Below are positions 59,115-64,000 of a stretch of 64,000 nt of DNA, in pieces (positions within the stretch are counted from its first letter, which is position 1; each line of letters starts with the position of its first letter). Below the pieces are notes generated by a model. That model had not been told where the DNA came from and searched no databases. It worked only from the letters and a program-made list of their open reading frames with translations. This stretch comes from Candidatus Latescibacterota bacterium (GTDB lineage: Bacteria; Latescibacterota; UBA2968). The translations under genes and the position numbers were made by a program. The stretch lies in contig OZ242311.1 in the NCBI GenBank assembly GCA_965207885.1, positions 4,864,001-4,928,000 on the forward strand, written 5' to 3'.

Positions 59115-60242
59115 ATGCTGAATTTACACGGTGAAAAAATTATTCGGATTGAAAAAGTGGTTATGAAATTTAAGCGGCCCCGCCTGATCGGTCGCAATGC
59201 GCGAATTGGCGTTCACGGGGATATGGTGACGGATCCCGTGGTTCGCATTCATACAAGTAGCGGTGTTATTGGCGTTGGGTGGTCGCGGTTGGGTCGGGAA
59301 GAAGCCGAGTCATTGGTGGGCAAAGCCGTTGGGGATGTGTTCCAATTGCCGGGGGGATCAAACGAAGCTGGAACGGTGATTGATTTGCCTCTGTGGGATC
59401 TGGTAGCCAAATTGTCGGATCAGCCGTTGTACAAACTCCTGGGTGCTCGGGGATCTCGGGCAGTCGAGTTGTACGATGGTTCGGTTTATATCGACGATCT
59501 GGATGCCTCGGACGCGGAGGCTGTGGAGATATTCCGGGACGAAGTCAAGACAGGGCACGATTACGGGTATAAAAATTTCAAAATTAAAATTGGTCGCGGC
59601 GCGCGCTGGATGCCTGTTACAGAAGGTACGGATCGGGATGTGCTGGTTATTCACATTGTTCGTGAAGCCGCTGGCGCAGATGCAAAGATACTCGTTGATG
59701 CAAATAATGGCACGACGCTCAATATTGCAAAAGATATTCTCGAGCGTTGTGAAGATGTGGGGATTTACTGGTTTGAAGAACCGTTTCCCGAAGATGGGGC
59801 TTTTAACGAGGATTTTAAGCAGTTCATCGTCGAGAAAGGATACGATACGCTCGTCGCCGATGGGGAATCGGGTCCTCCGCCACCCAGTTATTTTGATATG
59901 GTCAAAAGGGGATGGATCGATGTGGTGCAACACGATTTTCGCGCCAAGGGGCTTACGTGGTGGCGCGAGACTGCCGCGATGATCGAACCCTGGGGAGGCC
60001 AATGTGCGCCTCATTGCTGGGGCAGCTTGATCGAGCGCTATGCCCACGCGCATTTTGCAGCTTCCGTCCCCCATTTTGCGCTTCAAGAAGCCGCTCCTGC
60101 AGATATGCCGGGTGTTGTGCTGGATGGCTGGACAATGCAGGATGGATGTTTGATGGTGCCAGATACGCCGGGTACGGGATTTGACCTCGAGGCAGATGTG
60201 ATTGAAGAGGGGGTGAAGCGGGAAGATGGGTTCAGGGTGTAA
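59115..60242 (+). CDS. Mandelate racemase/muconate lactonizing enzyme (enolase superfamily)
   Basis: DLPLWDL, FKIKIG (KxK), VDAN, WFEEP, ADGE, PHCW, PDTPGTG. Confidence 0.88.
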   Translation: MLNLHGEKIIRIEKVVMKFKRPRLIGRNARIGVHGDMVTDPVVRIHTSSGVIGVGWSRLGREEAESLVGKAVGDVFQLPGGSNEAGTVIDLPLWDLVAKLSDQPLYKLLGARGSRAVELYDGSVYIDDLDASDAEAVEIFRDEVKTGHDYGYKNFKIKIGRGARWMPVTEGTDRDVLVIHIVREAAGADAKILVDANNGTTLNIAKDILERCEDVGIYWFEEPFPEDGAFNEDFKQFIVEKGYDTLVADGESGPPPPSYFDMVKRGWIDVVQHDFRAKGLTWWRETAAMIEPWGGQCAPHCWGSLIERYAHAHFAASVPHFALQEAAPADMPGVVLDGWTMQDGCLMVPDTPGTGFDLEADVIEEGVKREDGFRV

Positions 60243-60254
60243 TGGAGACAATAT

Positions 60255-61292
60255 ATGGATATGACATTTCCAGGAGCAGAATGGGAGACGAGACCGCCTG
60301 GCGACCTCGGGTTTGACGCGGAGAAACTCGCGCGGGTGCAGAGGTGGTTGCGCGAGGTGGCAGGTGACAGGTCCTTTCAGGTGGGGATTGCGCGTTATGG
60401 GTATCTCGCTGCGGAGTGGCGGCAAGGTGTTGCGGCTGATTCTTCGCACTCACAGGCGTCCGCGGCTAAGTCGTATTATTCGACGCTTTTGGGTATTATA
60501 GTGGCCGAGGGCAAGTTGTCTTCGCCAGATGAAAGAGTTGTCGATTACTACCCAGAGATGATGGATGTGGGAGAGCAGGAGGGACCAAAGCCCGGACGGT
60601 ATGCGTTCGAGAAAGATCGCGATATTACTTTTCGGCATTTGATATGCAATGTGTCGGGCTATATGAAGCCGGGGGAGAAGCCGGGGAAAGTTTTTCACTA
60701 TCAGACTTATGGGATGAATATTCTTACCCACGCTATGGCTAAAATTTATGGGTGTTACGATGCAGATGATCCCGAAGGTTTGCCGGGATGCGGGAAGGTG
60801 ATCGAAGAAAAGTTGCGCGATCCCATTGGTGGCATATGGACGCATTCGCATTCTAATTTTGATCTGTGGCCCAGTGCGAGATTAAATATTTTTGGGTATT
60901 ACACGCAGGTGCATACCACACTGCGAGATCAATTGCGGGTGGGACACTTGTGGGCCAATTACGGCAATTGGAATGGGGTTCAGGTTGCGCCCGAGAGTTA
61001 CCTGCGCGAGGCAACGGTGACGAATGATTTTATTCTGGAAAACGAACCCAAAGAGAACTGGAAATACGGGCACGGATTTTGGTGCAATGATCGCGGGATG
61101 CAGTGGAAAGATGCACCGAGAGACTCTTTTGCCGCATCGGGCGCTGGTGCAAAGCATATCTGGATGTGCCCGCGGTTGGGGCTGGTTATCGCGCAAAATC
61201 CAGGTCTGTGGGATCAGTTCAGGGAAGAGCAAGATAAGATCGGAAGTCAGAATGAGGTGATTGCGCGAGTTGTGAATGCGGTAAAGGAATAG
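60255..61292 (+). CDS. Serine hydrolase (beta-lactamase class C-like)
   Basis: FPGAEW, SAAKS (SxxK), ITFRHL, PGKVFHY, YGHGFW, ASGAG. Confidence 0.85.
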   Translation: MDMTFPGAEWETRPPGDLGFDAEKLARVQRWLREVAGDRSFQVGIARYGYLAAEWRQGVAADSSHSQASAAKSYYSTLLGIIVAEGKLSSPDERVVDYYPEMMDVGEQEGPKPGRYAFEKDRDITFRHLICNVSGYMKPGEKPGKVFHYQTYGMNILTHAMAKIYGCYDADDPEGLPGCGKVIEEKLRDPIGGIWTHSHSNFDLWPSARLNIFGYYTQVHTTLRDQLRVGHLWANYGNWNGVQVAPESYLREATVTNDFILENEPKENWKYGHGFWCNDRGMQWKDAPRDSFAASGAGAKHIWMCPRLGLVIAQNPGLWDQFREEQDKIGSQNEVIARVVNAVKE

Positions 61293-61305
61293 GGAGGATA
61301 TATAG

Positions 61306-62628
61306 ATGGATGCAAAAACCAAAAAGTTGCAGGTGGATCAGGCTGTGAAATCGCAATCGCGGCGGGCGTTTAATCTGTCGCGGAGTATTCACGGCTGGGC
61401 AGAGCGGCCGTTTCAAGAATACGAGTCGTCGAAGGCATTGGCGGCGTATTTGGAGGAGAACGGATTTCAAATTGAATTTCCGTGGAAAAATATCCCAACG
61501 GCTTTTCGCGCCACATGGGGCACGGGCAAACCCACTATTGGCATGTTGGGGGAGTACGATGCATTGCCCAATTGCGGTGCTGAAGAGGGCACCTGGGGCC
61601 ACGGCTGAGGCCATAATCTTTTGGGCGTTGCCCCGGCCGCAGGTGCGGTTGCTGCAAAAACAGTATTGGAAAATTTGAAATCGTCTGGTCAGATCATTTA
61701 TTACGGCTGTCCGGCCGAAGAGACGCTGGCGGGCAAGGTGTATATGGCCCGCGATGGTGCATTTCGAGATCTGGATGCGGTGCTGGCATGGCATCCAGGA
61801 TCGGGTACGGGTGTTAGCAATTATGGCGGTTCGTCACTGGATTCGCTGGTGTATGAGTTTTTTGGCAAGACGTCTCACGGCGCGAGTGCTCACAATGGGC
61901 GGAGTGCATTAGACGGGGTGATGTTGATGGATGTTGCGGCGAATTATTTGCGCGAGCACGTTCCCGAAAATGTGCGTATTCACTGTGTGATTCGAGATGG
62001 TGGGGATGCGCCCAATGTGGTTCCGGCTTATGCGAAGGTGTGGTACTATGTGCGGGGGAAGGATCGTGAACAGGTGAATAAAGTACGCAAGCGATTGACC
62101 AAATGCGCCAGGGGTGCGGCGATGGCCACGGAAACGACTATGAAATGGCATCGTATCACGGCTGTGTACCCGCGTTTGCCAAATGATGTGATGTGCGAAA
62201 CTGTGCGTCAAAATCTCGAATTATTCGGTCCACCTCGTGCGTCAAAAAAAGATAAGGAACGCGTAAAGGAATTGGGATACAAAGGTGAATTTGACGGGAA
62301 GATCAAAAAGGGGAAGGGTTCACAGGGCCGCGGGTCTTCGGATGAAGATAATGTGTCGTGGCTGGCACCGATGGGTCGGTTTCAGATGGTGTGTTATACC
62401 AAGGGCACGCCGGGTCATCACCGCGATATGACCGCACAGGCAATAATGCCTTATGCCGAGCGCGCGGTTTTGCAAACGGCCAAGGTTTTTGCGGGATCGG
62501 CTATTGATCTGATTTTGGACAAAAAGGTGTTGCAAGCAGCCCGTGCGGAATTTGTGAAGGGAACAAAGGAGTTTGAGTACGATCCGCTGATCCCAAAACG
62601 CCAGAAGGTTCCCGTGGACCCTCCGTAG
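61306..62628 (+). CDS. M20 amidohydrolase (AbgB-like), candidate selenoprotein with Sec at TGA 61606-61608
   Basis: The two ORF-track pieces are in the same frame and join as GEYDALP..WGHG-U-GHNLLG (family motif GHGCGHN). CPAEE, WHP, GRSALD, APNVVP, GSSD and PGHH are all intact. 440 aa in total. Confidence 0.85.
61628..61657 (+). promoter_or_regulatory. Candidate bacterial SECIS element
   Basis: TTGC-cc-CGGCCGC-AGGT-GCGGTTG-ct-GCAA hairpin; G-containing apical loop starts 32 nt after the TGA. Confidence 0.65.
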
Positions 62629-62641
62629 AAGGAGAAAAGAT

Positions 62642-63634
62642 TTGAAAGCACAACGATTAATATGCACAGATGTCCGGCGGATTGAATTAGAGGATTTTGA
62701 TTTGCCGCGTGTGCCAGATAATGGCATTTTGGTGCAAAACGATTATACCGCCATGAGTGTTGGTACGGAAATTTACAATTATGCGCACGGGGGTGAACCG
62801 TCGCGTGCAAGGACATTTCCGCGGCCAACAGGGTATTGCAATACGGGTGTGGTGCTCGAGGTGGGCAATGATGTAAAGGGGTTGGAGCCCGGCGACCGCA
62901 TTGCCGCGCAGGGCAATCACGCCAGTCATGCGGTTATGAGCGGGAATTTTTTTAGAGCGCCCGAAGGTGTTTCGCCCAGGTCCGCGGCTTTTATGGTTAT
63001 GTGTGCTATTGCCATGCACGGGCATCGGGTTGGGCGTCCGGAATTGGGTGAGGTTGTTGCGATTACCGGTATGGGGATTGTGGGCCAGTTGGCTGCGACC
63101 TTTGCGCGGTTGGCCGGTGCGCTCTCGGTTATTGCGATTGATCTGGATGATTTTCGGTTGGGTAAAGCGAGAGATAGGGGGGCAGATATTTGTATTAACC
63201 CCAATACTGCAGGGGATGTCGCCGAAGTGGTGCGCGAGCATTGCGTGGGCGATGGGGTCGATCTGGTGATTGAAGCGACGGGTATTCCGGCGGTTTATCC
63301 CATGGCATTGACCTTGCCTCGGCTGGGTGGCCGTCTGGTCGCGCTGGGGTCTCCGCGCGGTAGTGTGGAAGTGAGTTTTTTGCCCGAGGTTCACTTGCGC
63401 GAGATCACGGTTTTGGGCGCGCATCAGCCCAAGACACCGGATGATGACCATATTTATTATCCTTGGAGCAAGCGCAGAGATCGCGAACTAATTTTGCGTT
63501 TGATGGCTGCGGGCAAGTTGCCCATCGAGGATCTGATTACCCATGTCGCCAATCCCGCCGATTGCCAGGCTACCTACGACATGCTCGCCGATAATCCGAG
63601 AGAAGTGTTGGGCGTGGTATTTGAGTGGGGGTGA
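62642..63634 (+). CDS. MDR-family (zinc-binding-like) dehydrogenase
   Basis: TTG start after AAGGAG; SVGTE, GYCNTG, PGDRI, GMGIVG Rossmann motif, IEATG, LITH. Confidence 0.85.
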   Translation: MKAQRLICTDVRRIELEDFDLPRVPDNGILVQNDYTAMSVGTEIYNYAHGGEPSRARTFPRPTGYCNTGVVLEVGNDVKGLEPGDRIAAQGNHASHAVMSGNFFRAPEGVSPRSAAFMVMCAIAMHGHRVGRPELGEVVAITGMGIVGQLAATFARLAGALSVIAIDLDDFRLGKARDRGADICINPNTAGDVAEVVREHCVGDGVDLVIEATGIPAVYPMALTLPRLGGRLVALGSPRGSVEVSFLPEVHLREITVLGAHQPKTPDDDHIYYPWSKRRDRELILRLMAAGKLPIEDLITHVANPADCQATYDMLADNPREVLGVVFEWG

Positions 63635-63684
63635 TCTCGCCTGCTAAAATAAAATTCCTGTCAGAACCATAGAGGAGATCGAAT

Positions 63685-64000
63685 ATGAGATGTCACTCTT
63701 TTAAAAATTACAAGTACGGCCCCCATGAGCGGAACGTATTTGATTTTTATCCGGCACAATCAGACGAACCCACCCCTGTTGCAGTGTATATTCACGGCGG
63801 CGGTTTTAGAAATGGCAGCAAGGATGGGATTGGTAATGAGACATTGAAAGCTTTATTAGATGCGGGCATTTCTGTCGCGGCTTTTAACTATCGTTATGTC
63901 CAGCAGGCTCCTTTGCCTGCTGCGCACTACGATTGCCGACGAGCGCTTCAGCTTCTGCGTTCCAAAGCCACCGAATGGAACATCGATAAAAATCGGATCG
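63685..64000 (+). CDS. Alpha/beta hydrolase (HSL/BD-FAE-like), 3'-partial
   Basis: GAGGAG RBS; MRCHSFKNYKYGPHERNVFDFY...YIHGGGF...NYR; runs off the right edge. Confidence 0.85.
   Translation, partial: MRCHSFKNYKYGPHERNVFDFYPAQSDEPTPVAVYIHGGGFRNGSKDGIGNETLKALLDAGISVAAFNYRYVQQAPLPAAHYDCRRALQLLRSKATEWNIDKNRI

Noticed and set aside
61621-62628. Independent 335-aa gene starting at TTG 61621
   Set aside because: No RBS, and it would begin just after the metal-binding GHxxGHN motif, giving an incomplete enzyme. It is better explained as the continuation of 61306.
1-64000. Genome-wide stop-codon reassignment (TGA or TAG), suggested by the two in-frame stops
   Set aside because: Many full-length conserved genes end normally at TGA (dnaE, parC, gltB) or TAG (parE, mtnA, the SSS gene), and Trp is encoded by TGG.
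1-64000. CRISPR array, rRNA, tRNA (including tRNA-Sec), transposase or integrase
   Set aside because: No regularly spaced repeats, cloverleaf-like sequence or recombinase motifs recognised by eye; intergenic spaces are short. A covariance-model scan was not possible.

Overview
Bacterial chromosomal window. Gene content (atypical short ParE/ParC, DUF6785-like membrane protein, sulfatase, PhyH-family dioxygenase, CE15 esterase) suggests an FCB-group organism such as Latescibacterota/Gemmatimonadota; this is inference only. Housekeeping blocks: dnaE (partial), mltD-mreD-mrdA-rodA, mtnA, rsfS, pyrC-carA, parE/parC, moaA-sir/nirA-fdx-gltBD and smc. These are interleaved with catabolic genes and a ~5.5 kb defence/toxin-antitoxin islet (29.5-35.1 kb). 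The islet holds a fused DUF4160-DUF2442 gene, then a Mokosh-type-II-like SF1 helicase-PLD nuclease and a DUF932 gene between ~155 bp direct repeats, plus a decayed TA pair. The main finding is an AbgB-like M20 amidohydrolase (61306-62628) split by one in-frame TGA exactly at the conserved metal-bridging Cys (GHG-[TGA]-GHN) and followed by a SECIS-like hairpin: a candidate non-redox, metal-binding selenoprotein. A second in-frame stop (TAG) interrupts an otherwise intact SPOR domain at 7744-7746. I found no rRNA, tRNA, CRISPR array or transposase. All family assignments come from motif recognition, not database searches.
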